Positions 10,946-24,900 of a stretch of DNA of 64,000 nt are shown piece after piece. The notes under the pieces were generated by a model. The model was given only the letters and a program-made list of their open reading frames with translations, did not search any database and was not told where the DNA came from. Source of the stretch: Malacoraja senta (lineage: Eukaryota); the NCBI GenBank assembly GCA_038087875.1, contig JAXLNO010001745.1, positions 1 to 64,000 of the forward strand, in the 5' to 3' direction. Both the position numbers and the translations under genes were made by a program. Each line of letters starts with the position of its first letter. Within the stretch, counting starts at the first letter, position 1.

Positions 10946-13349
10946 CCAGAACAATACATTTTCATGCTGTGATTTGACATTTTTCACAAAAAAGGCCAGC
11001 AAAGCTCTTTATATAAAGTAAATTTATATAATAAAAGTAAAACTTTTACTTTTTACTAATAATTATGTCTTTTGATGATATGATCTGCATTGAAACATAA
11101 AAGGATGTTTCAATGTGAATTCTTTCTCCTTATCTGTATTGTAGCATAAACAAAGATGTTCAAAACAAAGCTAGATAAAATGCTGGAGAAACTCAACGGG
11201 TGAGGCAGCATCTATAGAGTGAAGGAAAACAAATGTGCTTTCTGATCCTTTTATGTTATTTATACTTATTTATATTTATCATGGAGGGTGTATAGTGGCA
11301 TAAGGCCTCAAATGCAGAAAATCAACAGAGCGCCCCATTCCACCCCTCTCTCATCTTCCATACCCCTTTTTGCCGTGCAGGCTACAGCTCATGGCATAAA
11401 ACTGTAGCATAGCGGATTAAAACAGGATGACTAATGGAGAAGGGAAGGGGGCCCAAAAGAAACTTTGTACCCACTGATAAAATTCCTCTGAGGCCCTGCG
11501 TATACACGCACAAACAGTGTGTGTTGTGAACCATGTCTTCCAAGACGCGCACGTATAGTGAAACATTTCTCAAGTTGGGCTTCACAAGCATTGTTCAAAA
11601 TCCGTGGTCAAGCCGCGATGTGTTCTCTGTGCCAAGGTTTAGAGTCACGAGAGCATGAAGCCCAGCAAACTGAAGATCCATTTGGAGTCTTGTCACAGTA
11701 ACCTGGCGAAAAAGAGCGTGGACTATTTCAAACGAAAAGAAGCCGTACTCAAGGGTTCCCGCATGTATTCAACGGGTCACTGCGCTCATCAAAATGAAGC
11801 AGCGTTGGAGGCTTCATACCAGATTGCTTATCGAATCGCACAGACTAAGAAACCTCACACCATCGGTGAAGAGCTTATCAAGCCACGCCTTCTCGAAACA
11901 GCGAAATTGGTGCTGGGGAAGAGCAGTCAAACAAGTTCAGGCAGATTTCCATTTTGAATTAAACAGTTAAAAGTTGAATCTCGGATATGAGTAATGATAT
12001 TCTGCTGCAAGTAGTGAGGGCTGTGACGAGCAGTCCAGTGTATTCACTGCAACTGGGCGAGTCAACAGATGTTGCCTCATGTTCCCAACTGCTAGTCTAC
12101 GTTCGTTACCTCAATGGAGGAGTACCTGTTCTCGGAGCCATTGGCTACTACCACTCGGGGAGAAGATGTGTTCAGAATGCTGGAAGCCTTCCTCATCAAA
12201 CATGAGCTTGGCTGGGAATGCCTTGTTGGGACATGTACAGTTGGGGCACCTTCCATGGTCGGTTGCAGAACCGGTTTCCAAGCCTTCGTGAAGGATGTCG
12301 CTCCCCATGTCTCCTTCACCCACTGCATGATACATCGCCATGCTTTAGCGATGAAGACTCTCCCTCTTGGTCTTCTAGAAGTGCTTTCAGATGTGGTGAA
12401 GATTGTGAACCACATCCGAGAGCGCAACAAACTGAAGAATCTTCAAGCGATGTGTGAAGAAATGGGCGCCGATTTCACTATTCTGTTATTCCACACAGAA
12501 GTGCGCTGGCTTTTGCGTGGTAAAGTTCTCAATCATGTGATTCGACTTCGAGTGGAAATAGCGCTGTTCTTGGAGAGAAGGGGTACTGAGAAGGAGAATC
12601 AGCTTCATGAAAAGATGCAGGATGAACTGTTCGGGATGAAGGTTGCTTACTTGGCTGACTTCTTCGCTGAGGTGAATTCCTTGAACCTGTAATTTCAAGG
12701 AAACATCCCAATGCTACACACAGCTTGTGGCAAAGTGGCAGCGTTCAGGAGGAACCTTTACCAGAGAAGAGTCGAGGATCATCCGACCCTTTCCCGTTGA
12801 AGACGGTGGCATCAGTGATACTGACGTGACTGCGAAGGTTGAATTTTACCGAATTCGTGAAGATGCGCAGCTCAAGAGTGACTTCATGGAACAAGAGCTC
12901 GCCACGTTTTGGCTGAAAGTGAAGGACTGTCCTGCTCTTTCGAAGAGGGCCCTGACCCTATTGGTCCATTCCCCCTCAACCTCTCACTGTGAGGGTGGAT
13001 TCTCAACTATGGTAACTCTGAAAACGAAGGTACGCAATAGGCTTGTGATCGACACTGACATGAGATGCTGCCTGTCGAGCATTCGTGCTCGTTTTGATTG
13101 CCTGATGACGGCGAAGCAATTTCAGCCATCCCATTGACTGAGCAATGGCAGACATGTTTTAATAAATCGGGCTGTTTTTCTTCAAATTTTGTTTCAGAGG
13201 TCACGGTACTGATCAAGAATGCCTGATGGGGTCGTGGGGCCAAAAAGGATAAGAACAACTGCTCTAATACTTAAAGGTAAAGGGGCAAATAAAGGCCACA
13301 AAGTGGCTTTAGTGAGTCGGATTACAGAAAATCCCACATCTTTCTCAAG

Positions 13350-14020
13350 GTTTCATGGTTAGTTTATTGTCACATATACCAATTAAGGTACATTGAAATG
13401 CAGACTACCATACACCATACAAAAAAAAGCAACAAGATACCCAATAACGTAAAAGTTAACATAAACATCCACAACAGAGGAGCCCGCACGTTCCTCACTG
13501 TGAGAGAAGGCAATAAAGTCTAATCTCCTTCCTCTTTATCTCCCGCGGTCGGGGCAGTCAAACAATCTGCAGTCGGTGGTCGAAACCTGGAATCGAAACT
13601 CCCACATCGGAGTAGTCGAAACTCCTGCGGCTTGGAGGTCCCGGATGTTGGTCTCGACCGAGGACCGCAGGCTCCGCGATGTTAAAGTCTTGCAGGCTCT
13701 CACAGTTGGAGCCCTAAAGTCGATCCCCGACAGGGATCGCGAGCTCCATGATGGTAAGTACACAGGCTCCTGCGATGGATCTCCCGGTCGATCTCTAGCA
13801 AAGGCCGCCATTCCTCAATGTTAGGCCGCATTGTGGACGGAGATACGATACAGAAAATATCACATCAACGTCGAGGGTAAGAGATTAGGAAAAGTTTCCC
13901 ACAACTCCCCCAACCCCCCCCCCCAAAACAAGCTAAAGAACACTAAAGAATATACATTTAACACGTACAAAACGGACACAAAGAAGGAAGGGACAGACAT
14001 ACTGTTGGCGAGGCAACCAT
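13350..14020 (-). mobile_element. GC-rich non-autonomous retro-element with a Rex/Babar-like 3' tail
   Basis: The tttattgtcaca tail motif (minus strand GACAATAAA) is shared with Rex1 3' ends in the window; the body resembles 10437-10945. Confidence 0.5.
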
Positions 14021-14129
14021 TGCAGCAAAAGGTGGATTGCTTAAGGATATAGAAGGAAATATGTGCCTGGAGTTTGTGGATATAGGCGAGGTTTGGTTTC
14101 ACCAAGGAAGATATGTAGAATAGTAAGGA

Positions 14130-14940
14130 CCATTAATAGTAAGTACATCATAAAATCCTCCAACATTTTTGCCACCTCCAACGGGATCCCACTACTGGTC
14201 ACATCTTCCCATCTCCACCCCTTTCTGCTTTCCGCAGTGACCGTTCCCTCCGAAACTTCCTGGTCAACTCGTCCCTTCACACCCAAACCACCCGCTCCCC
14301 GGATACTTTCCCCTGCAACCGCAGGAGATGCAACACCTGTCCCTTTACGTCCCCCCTCGACTCCGTCCAAGGACTTAAAGTCTTTCCAGGTGAGGCAGAA
14401 GTTCACTTGCACCTCTTCCAACCTCATCTACTGTATCCGCTGTTTCAGTTGTCAACTTCTGTACATCAGTGAGACCAAGCGCAGGCTCGGCGATCATTTT
14501 GCTGAACACTCCCCCTCAGTCCGTCTTACCCTACCCGATCTCCCGGTAGCTCAGCACTTCGACTCCCCCTCCCATTCCCAGTCTGACCTTTCTGTCCTGG
14601 GCCTCCTCCATTGTCAGAGTGAGGCCCAGCCCAAATTGGAGGAACAGCACCTCATATTTCGCTTGGGTAGTTCATACGCCAGCGGTATGAACATTGACTT
14701 CTATTACTTTCGATAGCCCTTGATTTCTCTCTCCATCCCCTCCCCCTTCCCAATTCTGCCACCAGTCTTACTGTCTCCGCCGACATTCTATCTTTGGCCC
14801 TCCCCTGACATCAGTCTGAAGAAGGGTCTCGACCCAAAACAATGCCCATTCCTTCTCTCCAGGGAAGCTGCCTGACCCGCTGAGTTACGCCAGCATTTTG
14901 TGTCTCTCTTCGATTTTAACATCTGCAGCATCTGCAGTTC
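14130..14940 (+). mobile_element. Penelope-like element 3' fragment (GIY-YIG endonuclease)
   Basis: ORF 14063-14716 reads FTCTSSNLIYCIRC..LLYISETKRRLGDHFAEH..VAQHF..KLEEQHLIFRLGS..GMNID, a degenerate GIY-YIG domain, followed by the characteristic tail. Confidence 0.88.
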
Positions 14941-15069
14941 TTTCTTACACATGGAGAATCAATGTGGAGAATGCTAACATGCAGGGACACTTTGAAGTTA
15001 AGCAAGAAGGAGATGTTGGATCATTTGAAGAGAAATGTGGATAAATCCCCAGGACAGAGGGGTGTAGTG

Positions 15070-15535
15070 GATGATAATAATAATCGTTGAAAACATTAAT
15101 GCCGTGCTGGTTTCCGACGGGCATGGTGACGGACGCACCACACATCTCTGTCCTCCATGCAACTTGCAGGCGTGTCTTTTATCTCTACACATGCGTCTTC
15201 CATCAACGTCTTCAGCATCATCTTGATTGGCCGTCCTGGGTCAAGTCTTCCATGGGTGGGTTCCCACAGCACAACCTTGTTTGCTGGCATTTCTGGGTGG
15301 CGGAGCCAGTGACCTGCGAGCCTCATCCTTCGCAACGTGATCTTCTCGGTCAGAGGTGGATTCTCCCCATAGAGCTGGGCGTTGGTGATGTGGTCCCTCC
15401 ATCTGACATTTTGAACTTTTCCGAGCATTCGGGTGTAGGTACCATCGAGAGACTAGGACAGTGCTGGAGTGAGAGTCCAGGCATCACACCCGTACAATAA
15501 TATGGTCTCTACAGTTGTACGGAAGGCCAAATATT
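15070..15535 (-). mobile_element. RTE-clade LINE 3' fragment
   Basis: ORF 15096-15428 reads WRDHITNAQLY..RRMRLAGHWLRH..LWEPTHGR..GRP..MEDRDVW, with a (TTA)n-like tail. Confidence 0.82.
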
Positions 15536-15686
15536 CAGGCTGTAGTTCAGTGACACGTAGAGTTCTGCAGGGATCTGTGCTGTGACCCTTGCTACTTGTG
15601 ACATATATAAATGACTTGGACCCTGGTGTTCAGAAATTACCCAGTCATAACAATTAATCAAATAATGATTTTTATTTTTCTTTCAG

Positions 15687-15962
15687 ATTATCACTACGTT
15701 CAAGGACAGTTTGGTTGTGAGGTGGACGATCACAGTCCCACTGTAGGGATATTGAAGTTGGCCTTTGATGGAAGATATGCATTTAGTTTTGATAAGGACA
15801 AACTAAAGTGGACGGTGCATGATCCAATAGCTGAGCCCTTCAAAGAGAAATGGGACAAGAATGAAAAAATGAACCGTTATTTCAAGAGCTTGTTAGAACA
15901 TGACTGTGTGGATCTATGGCTTACATACTATGCAATTGGAAAGACATACCTGACCAGAAAAG
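15687..15962 (+). CDS. MHC class I-like alpha2 domain exon
   Basis: Acceptor tttttctttcag|AT and donor AAAG|gtgagt; 276 bp, the canonical class I exon 3 length. Translation (D)YHYVQGQFGCEV...AFDG...KWT...KEKW...LEHDCVDLWLTYYAIGKTYLTRK retains H93, Q96, C101, D119, G120, W133, K146, W147, C164 and Y171 (HLA-A2 numbering, manual alignment). Confidence 0.96.
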
Positions 15963-18900
15963 GTGAGTTCAGAACAAAGGATGTTGTTTTGTGATGGTAG
16001 GCAATGAGTAATATTTCACTCTGAGGCAATGAGTAATATTATCTCTGACCCAATCATGACAGAGGGAAAGGTCATTCGGCCCATTGATTCTATGCTAGTT
16101 TTCTATGCAATGTCGACAAACTGTTCCACAGCTCTCTCTCACAACTTGCACTCAGCTCCCTCGGATTCTCCTTGCATTCAGCTCCACGACGGATAATTTG
16201 CAATGTCCAACTAACTCACCGGCACGTCTTTGGTGTATGGGACAAAACTGGAGCACATGGAGGAAGCCAACTGAGTCATAAGGTGATAAGTGATGGGTGC
16301 AGCATTAGAACATTCGGCCCATCAAGTTGACTTCGCCCGTCAATCATGGCTGATCTATCTCTCCCTCCTAACCCCATTCTCCTGCCTTCTCCCCATAACC
16401 CCTGCCGTGCATACTAATCAAGAATTAAAAATATCCATTGACGGACTCCACAGCCTTCTGTGGCAAATATAATAACCATATAATAACCATATAACCATAT
16501 AACCATAACAGCACGGAAACTGGCCATCTCGGCCCTTCAAGTCCGTGCCGAACATTTTTTTTTTTTTTTTTAATTAAAAATAAATACTTTCCCCTAGTCC
16601 CATCTACCTGCACTCAGACCATAACCCTCCATTCCTTTCCCGTCCATATACCCATCCAATCTATTTTTAAAGGATAACATCGAACCTGCCTCCACCACTT
16701 CCACTGGAAGCTCATTCCACACAGCTACCACTCTCTGAGTAAAGAAGTTCCCCCTAATGTTCCCCCTAAACTTCTGTCCCTTAATTCTCAAGTCATGTCC
16801 CCTTGTTTGAATCTTCACTACTCTCAATGGGAAAAGCTTATCCACGTCCACTCTGTCTAACCCGCTCATAATTTTAAAGACCTCTATCAAGTCCCCTCTT
16901 AACCTTCTGCGCTCCAAAGAATAAAGACCTAACTTGTTCAACCTTTCTCTGTAACTTAGTTGCTGAAACCCAGGCAACATTCTAGTAAATCTCCTCTGTA
17001 CTCTCTCTATTTTGTTGACATCCTTCCTATAATTAGGCGACCAAAATTGTACTCGATACTCCAGAATTGGCCTCACCAATGCCTTGTACAATTTTAACAT
17101 TACATCCCAACTTCTATATTCAATGCTCTGATTTATAAAGGCCAGCACACCAAAAGCTTTCTTTACCACCCTATCTACATGAGATTCCACCTTCAGGGAA
17201 CTATGCACAGTTATTCCTAGATCCCTCTGTTCAACTGCATTCCTCAATTCGCTACCATTTACCGTGTACATCCTATTTTGATTTTTTCCTGCCGAGATGT
17301 AGCACCTCACATTTGTCAGCGTTAAACTCCATCTGCCATCTTTCAGCCCACTCTTCTAAATGGCCTAAATCTCTCTGTAGACTTTGAAAATCTACTTCAT
17401 TATCCACAACGCCACCTATCTTAGTATCATCTGCATACTTACTAATCCAATTTTCCACACCATCATTCAGATCATTGATGTACATGACAAACAACAGTGG
17501 ACCCAACACAGACCCCTGAGGCACCCCACCAGTCACCGGCCTCCAACCTGACAAACAGCCATCCACCATTACTCTCTGGCATCTCCCATTCAGCCACTGT
17601 TGAATCCATCTTGCTACTCCACCATTAATACCCAACAATTGAATCTTCTTAACCAACCTTCAATGAGGAACCTTGTCAAATGCCTTACTGAAGTCCATAT
17701 AGACAACATCCACTGCTTTACCCTCATCACTTTCCCTAGTAACCTCTTCAAAAAATTCAAGAAGATTAGTCAAGCATGACCTTCCAGGCACAAATCCATG
17801 TTGACTGTTCCTAGTCAGACCCTGCCTATCCAGATGCTTATATATATTATCTTTAAGTATCCTTTCCATTAATTTGCCCACCACTGACGTCAAACTAACA
17901 GGTCTATAATTGCTAGGTTTACTCTTCGAACCCTTTTTAAACAACGGAACAACATGCGCAGTACGCCAATCCTCCGGCACTATTCCCGTTTCTAATGACA
18001 TTTGGAATATTTCTGTCATAGCCCCTGCTATTTCTACACTACCTTCCCTCAATGTCCTAGGGAATATCCTGTCAGGACCTGGAGACTTATCCGTTTTCAG
18101 ATTTTTCAAAAGTGTCCGCACCTCCTCTTCTTTGAATCTCACAGTTTCCATTGCTACTCTGCTTGTTTCCCTTACCTCACATAATTCCATATCCTTCTCC
18201 TTCGTGAATACCGAAGAAAAGAAATTGTTCAATATCTCCCCCATCTCTTTTGGCTCTGCAGATAGCTGTCCACTCTGACTCTCTAATGGACCAATTTTAT
18301 TCCTTGTTATCCTTTTCCTATTAATATAGCTGTAGAAACCCTTTGGATTTACTTTCACCTTACTTGCCAAAGCAACCTCATATCTTCTTTTAGCTTTTCT
18401 AATTTCTTTCTTAATATTCTTTTTACATTCTTTATACTCCTCAAGCACCTCATTTACTCCATGCTGCCTATAATTATTGTAGATCTCTCTCTTTTTCCGA
18501 ACCAAGTGTCCAACTATCTTGCACACATTTTACAAACTCCAAACCATCCAGCCCTTTTACAGAATGTGTTTCCCAGTCTATGTGTGGAAAATTGAAATCT
18601 CCCACAATCACTACCTTGTGCTTACTACTAATATCTGCTATCTCCTTACATATTTGCTCTTCCAATTCTCGCTCCCCATTTGGCGGTCTATAATACACCC
18701 CTATAAGTGTTGCTACACCTTTCCCATTTCTCAGTTCCACCCAAATAGCCTCCCTAGACGAGCCCTCTAATCTATCCTGCCAAAGCACTGCTGTAATATT
18801 TTCCTTGACAAGCAATGCAACACCCCCACCTCTTGCTCCTCCAATTCTATCACCCCTGAAGCAACAAAATCCTGGAATATTTATTTGCCAATCACAGCCC

Positions 18901-21900
18901 TCCTGCAACCATGTTTCACTGATCGCCACAACATCATACTTCCAGGTGTCAATCCAGGCTCTAAGATCATCCACCTTTCTTACAATGCTCCTAGCATTAA
19001 AATATACACATTTAAGAAACCCACCACCACTTATTCTCTGTTTATTATCTTTTTCTTCTTTCTCCCCTACATTTTGGGTCCGAGTGCTTCCCTTCTCTGC
19101 CTCCTGCCTCCCACATTTTCCACTAGCTTTCTCTATTTGAGTCCCTCCCCCCAACCGTTCTAATTTAAAGTCTCCCCAGTAGCCTTTGCAAATCTCCCCG
19201 CCAGGATATTGGTCCCCCTCGGGTTCAAGTGCAACTATTGAGACTATGACCTCTCGTCGTAGACTCTCCCATTGGAGACATCCTCTCCACATCCACATCT
19301 ATCCAAGCCTTTCACTATTTGTTTGTTTTAAAAAATATATTTTTATTAGAAGCATGTGCATATCATAATACAAACATTTCTTATATATCAATCCTACGTT
19401 GCTAATAGGTGGGAGTCCAGCTATCAAAATAATAGTGGTCCTCATTTATCAATTGTATATTAAATCTGCTTCTATTTAGTTTTTAGTTTTTTTATAGATA
19501 GAAAGTGAGAAATTAAAAAAAAGGCATGATAAAGAAGAATGGAATAATTTACCAATAATACAACTTTGGAGATAGGTCCGTAAGTTATAAAGCATAACTA
19601 TTCATCTAATCCTGAGCTTGGATTTCAGTCAGATTCCCATGCTGAACCAATTTACCCTTTCAAAAAATCAATACATGGAGACCATATTCTATTAAATAAT
19701 TCATGTTTGTCAATTAAGACAAGTCTAGTTCTTTCCAAATGTAAGGTCTCTGATATTTCCATAATCCACATTTTAATTGTGGGGTTTATAGGACCTTTCC
19801 AAAATGTTAATATTAATTTTTTCCCAATTATTATACTATAATCAAGAAAGTTTCTTTGGTTTATTGTAAGTCTTAAGCTTTGTTCTGATATTCCTAATAT
19901 TATTAGTTTTGAGTCGGGATCCAGAAGGGGAGGGGCCATCTTGGGGAACGGCTGCTAGGTCAGCAGACGTCCGTTTAATTCACTTTTTTTTGTAGTTCTA
20001 GTGAGTCCTGTGTTCTGTTTGTGGGAGAAATAGACTTTTTAATGTAGGGGGAAGGGGTTAACTATATTTCTAGTTCCCTACCTGGTCGGTGAGGCAGCTT
20101 TTTCTCCGGGCTGCCCCGTCGACCCGTCCTCGTGGCCTACCAGCGGGCGTGGAGCGCCTTTTTCCTGGCGGGGACCGCCCAGCACCTCGGCTTCGGTGGC
20201 GGTATAGCGCTGGAGCGGGCGATGCCTTGCCTGGGTCGCCGTGCTGGATCGACGTGCTGGAGCTCCGGTGAGCTGTGATTGCCGAGGTCAACACCTCTGG
20301 GCTGCAGGTCTGCGGAGCGGAGCGGGCGGCGCCGACTTCAACATCGGGAGTCTGGGAGCTCCAAACCGGCGCGGCCTTGTCGGCTTCGGAGGCCGCGGAC
20401 TTCGGTAGGGAAGCGGCTGTTTCAGGTGGCCCAGCCGCTGAGAGGACTCTCCCGACGCCGGGCAACAGCACCCGGCGAGAACGGCCAGGAACATCGGGCC
20501 TCCGTAGAGGCAATAGCTGAGGCCTCAATAGGCCTGACTTTTGGGAGAACTGGGGTTGGGGACTGGACATTGTGCCTTCCCCCACAGTGGTAACCATCCA
20601 GTGGGGGGATGATTTCTGTGTGTTAGTGATTATTTTAGTGTGTGTCCAAGATGGCTGCTGGAAGGGAGAGTGTACGCTGGCGCGGTTTAGCTGCCGCTGC
20701 TCTCTCGTCACATTTGTGTTTCTGATTTTTTTGTTTTTGGATCGAATTCTGTCTTTAATTTGTCTATTGGTGATGTCTTTACTATTTATTTTACTCCGAT
20801 TATACGTTTTTTTACTTGTTAAATACTGTAAGGTGTCCTTGAGACTCTTGAAAGGCGCCCATAAATAAAATTTATTATTGTTATTATTATTATTATTGAC
20901 TACTTCAGAAATTATTCTGAAAATGGCCTTCCTGAAATTTTTGATTTTTATACAATTTACAAAGGTATGAGTTAAGTTAACCTCTAAATGCTGGCATTTA
21001 TCGCAAATAGGAGAGATATGTGGGAAGATTCTATTTAATTTTGTTTAATAATAATGTAATTTATGTAATACTTTAAATTGTATTAAGGCATGTCTGGCCT
21101 TTAACGAGCATTGATGTATATATTGTAGACTTTCGTCCCAAATATCTTTCGTTATAGGTTGGCCTAATTCATTTTCCCATGTGTGTCTATATAAATCCGT
21201 CGGCGGGACCTCACTATCTAAGAGGGTATTATAAATATGAGATATTAATTTTTCTGTATTAGGATGTTTATTCAAACATTCATCAAGGATTTCTGGTTCC
21301 CTAGTTCTGTAATCTTGTGTATTTGATTTAATGTAATCTCTAAGTTGTAAATATCTGAAAAAGTTATTTGAGTGTAGTCCGTAAATCTGTTGTAACTCCT
21401 GAAATGAAAGAAAAGTGCCTTTCCTATAAAGATGTCCCATCTTTTTAATTCCATAACTTTTCCATTGTGTAAAGCCTTTATCCAACATGGAAGGTTTGAA
21501 TAAAGGGTTGTTTATAATGGGGAGACAGAGTGATAAATTATCCAATTTTAAAGTATTTTTTAATTTTTCACTATATGTTTTTTAATGCAATTTTGTGTGA
21601 GCAAACATAATCGAACCAATATCAAAAGGCAAACAGTCTTTCACTATTTTGTATGATTCAATGAGGTCCCCCCTTATTCTTCTAAACTCCAGCAAGTACA
21701 GGCCCACTGCCATCAAATGGTCATCATATGTTAACCCATTCGTTTCTGGGATACCTCCTCTGGACCCTCTCCAGAGCCAGCACATCCTTCCTCAGATATG
21801 GTGTCCAAAATTGCTCACAATGCTCCAAACGTGGCTTGATCGGCGCCTTATAGAACCTCAGCATTACATCCCTGTTTGACAGGGAGAAAGTGTAATTGAT

Positions 21901-24900
21901 GTCTTTCATATTAGTTAACCATGGATTTTCTTGACCACAGTTGACAGCCCCTAATGGGATTGCATGTCTATCACACATCTCAAAAGAGCACAGCGTTAAG
22001 CTTCGAAGGGCAAAATTTACACGAGATGTGCAGGTCAAGTGTTTTTCTGCACAGAGAGAGCTTGATACCTAGAATGCGCTACCAGGAGTGGTGGTAGAGG
22101 AGGACATGATAATGGTGCTTAAGAAAGTTTTGGACAGGCTTGTGAATGTGCAGGGAATACAAGGATATGGATCACATGCAGGCAGTGGAGATTAGTTTTG
22201 GTTTAGTTTAGAGATAGAGTATGGAAACAACACCTTTGGGCCACTGAGTCCGCACTGACCAGCAATTGCCCATTCACAATTTCTGTCCTACAAGCTAGGG
22301 ACAATTTACAGAAGCCAATTAACCTGCATATCTTTTGTATTTGGGAGGAAACCGGAGCCCCCAGAGAAAACCCACAGGGTGACAGAGAGAACGTACAAAC
22401 TCCGTCCAGACAGCACTCTAGTCAGGATCGAACCCGGGTCTCTAATGCTGTAAGACAGCCACTCTATCACTGTGCCTCTGTGTTGCCTTAATTTAACTTG
22501 GTATCCTGTTCGACATGGACATTGCAGGCTGAAAGTCCTGTTCTTGTACTGTTCTATGTTCTATATATTCTCATTGGACAGGGCAGGGATATGTTTTCCA
22601 CTCCTCCAGCCTCCATGTTGAATACTTACTCCCAGTTTAAATCTGATTCAATTAGTCAATCCATTTCTCCCTCCCCTCCTGCCCTGATCCCCATTCTATA
22701 TTTTGAAGTAATCATTCCCTTTTTCACTCCCTGGTCTGTCTACTATGCCCACAACTTTCCTCTACTTTCCAGTCTTGGTGCATGCAACATCTATCCATTT
22801 ACCACTTTCCATAGACCCAGGCAGTTCTTCAAAGTGAAACAGCGTGAAACACTTGGACTTCCAGTCAAATCTACTGCATTTAGTTTTCATGACGTAATCT
22901 TCCACATGGCATCAATGAAACAAATTGGGTGGCTGCTTTCTGGAGAACCTGCATTCAATCCATGGGACTTTCTAAGATTCCTAATTCCTGCCACTCTAAT
23001 TCTCCATTCAACACCCACCATGATCCATCCATCTGTACCTCTTACACTAGCATAACAAGGGTGAAAGTAACCTCGAGGACCAACAACTCAGCTTCTGTCT
23101 GGACATGTTGCAGCCTTTCAAACTCAATTCCACATTCAACGAGTTGCATTCCCTGTCGATAAAAGAACTGGTCATTTCAACTGTTAAGTTGAAGACAGAA
23201 AGAACAGATGCAAGAAGTATGAAGCAGGATCCCAAGCTGAAACATTACATAACCATGTCTTCCAGATGCTGCCTGAACCACTGAGTTACACCTGCACGTT
23301 TTTTGTTTTTTTTAAATTACAGTAAAGTTATCCACCTACCAAATCAGGACAGCCTGACCTACTTGAGTACTGCAGTATGTCTGCATTTTATATAACTCTG
23401 TTTAGTTTCATGCATGCAGAGATGCAGTGAAATGGTTTGGATGGAACAGCAGATGCTGGACACCCCGTCCCTTCTCTCCAGAGATGCTGCCTGTCCCGCT
23501 GAGTTACTCCAGATTTTTGTGTCTATCTGCAGTGAAATGGTTGTTCTGCATTCTCCCCAGTCAAGTCATACTGTACATAAGTACATTACGTCCACTTCTG
23601 GAACAGCACGCAGAGATCCACCACATTCCAGGACACATTGCAGCTTTCAAGTCTCTGAGAAGTCTGATTTTGCCCTAAGGAAATACCCAATTTCTAATTT
23701 TCCCATGTTAAGGCCCAGTGTCATAACAGCACTGGATTGATGAAGTTGACGCGCCTGCCTCAGTTAAAGTTTTTCTGTTTCAAGATTGTGACCAAACCCT
23801 CGTCACTGGAACTGTGTCGCAGTGCCACCCATTACTTATGTCCCAATTATCTTTCAACATGCTGGAATCACTTGTTTTTTTATCCTTTTTAGACTTTTTT
23901 CATGAATTGTTCAGCATAAACAGTTATGCTACAACAAAGTTAAGCGCAGCTACGACTTAGTTCCAGAGACGTAACAACACAAGAGATAGTGTTGGAAGAA
24001 TGATCAAACTCACACATAGTGGTTATTAGTAACTTTGCAGAGGAAACACAAGGTGCTTTCTTCTCAGCAGGCTTACTACCAGTCTACCAGAGAGAGAGAG
24101 AGAGCTGTCTAATAAGCCTGTGGGCGGAGCCACAGTATGAGTGACACTAATCTACAGATAGGCACAGGGATAAGTTTTGGTTTATTATTTTCACGTTTAG
24201 TTTCGAGGTACAGCATGGAAATAGGCCTTTTGGCCCACTGAACCTGTGCTGACTAACGACCACCCAAATATTAGTTCTATCCTACACACTAGGGACAATT
24301 TACAGAAGCCAAAAAACTTACAAACCTGCACGTCTTTGAATGTGACGGAACTGCAGCACCCGGAGATAACTCACATGGTCACAGAGAGAATATATGAACT
24401 CTATATAGACAGCACCCATTGTCAGGATTGAACTTTGGTCTGTGGTACTGTAAGGCAGCAACTTTCCAGGTACAGTTGCATGCTATCCAATTGGATGAGA
24501 TAACGACATACATGATCAAGTCAACTCAAGTACTGAAGGTAGAGCAAAGGGGAAGGTACAGAGTGTGGCATATAGTTCTCAGCAATGTAGCACACCAGTT
24601 CCATTAGATAAGGGTTTCGACACAAAACGTGACACATTCCTTCTCTCCAGAGATGCTGCCTGACCCGTTGAGTTACTCTAGTATTTTGTGTCTATCTGCA
24701 GTTTAAACCAGCATCTACATAGTTCTATAAATAAAGTTCACTGTCTGTAATGGGGTAGTGGTCAATTGGACAGAACCCTAGCTTATGGAACGATCATTCA
24801 GAAGCCTGATTTTCTCCTCGGTTATCAAGTTTTCAAGTAAGCCATTTGGTCCTCTAACCTGCCCACCATTCAATATGACCATGGCTGACGTTCCTCAGGC

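Larger units (their letters stand above)
9310..11498 (+). mobile_element. Second hAT (Tip100/ZMYM1-like) internally deleted element nested in the Buster element
   Basis: Ends TAGGGCCTATGAGAGG and CCTCTGAGGCCCTG; 8-bp TSD cggataca/cgtataca (7/8 match). A dimerisation-domain remnant FPNVCVSFRILLTFPATVASAERSFSKLKLIKNYLRSTMSHERL lies at about 10283-10435. Confidence 0.82.
9140..13261 (+). mobile_element. hAT (Buster/Charlie, ZBED5/ZBED8-like) transposon with pseudogenised transposase
   Basis: Left TIR CAGTGGTTCTTAACCT and right TIR (reverse complement CAGTTGTTCTTATCCT); degenerate 8-bp TSD ctccaaag/ctctaata. Broken ORFs 11655-11957, 12114-12692 and 12727-13137 contain KPHTIGEELIKP, FTHCMIHRHAL, LFHTEVRWL and CEGGFS. 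Confidence 0.85.

Noticed and set aside
15687-15962. Calling the gene classical class Ia (UAA) or class II beta
   Set aside because: T143 and Y159 anchors are lost; exon length and motifs are class I alpha2-like and the TM has no class II glycine pattern.
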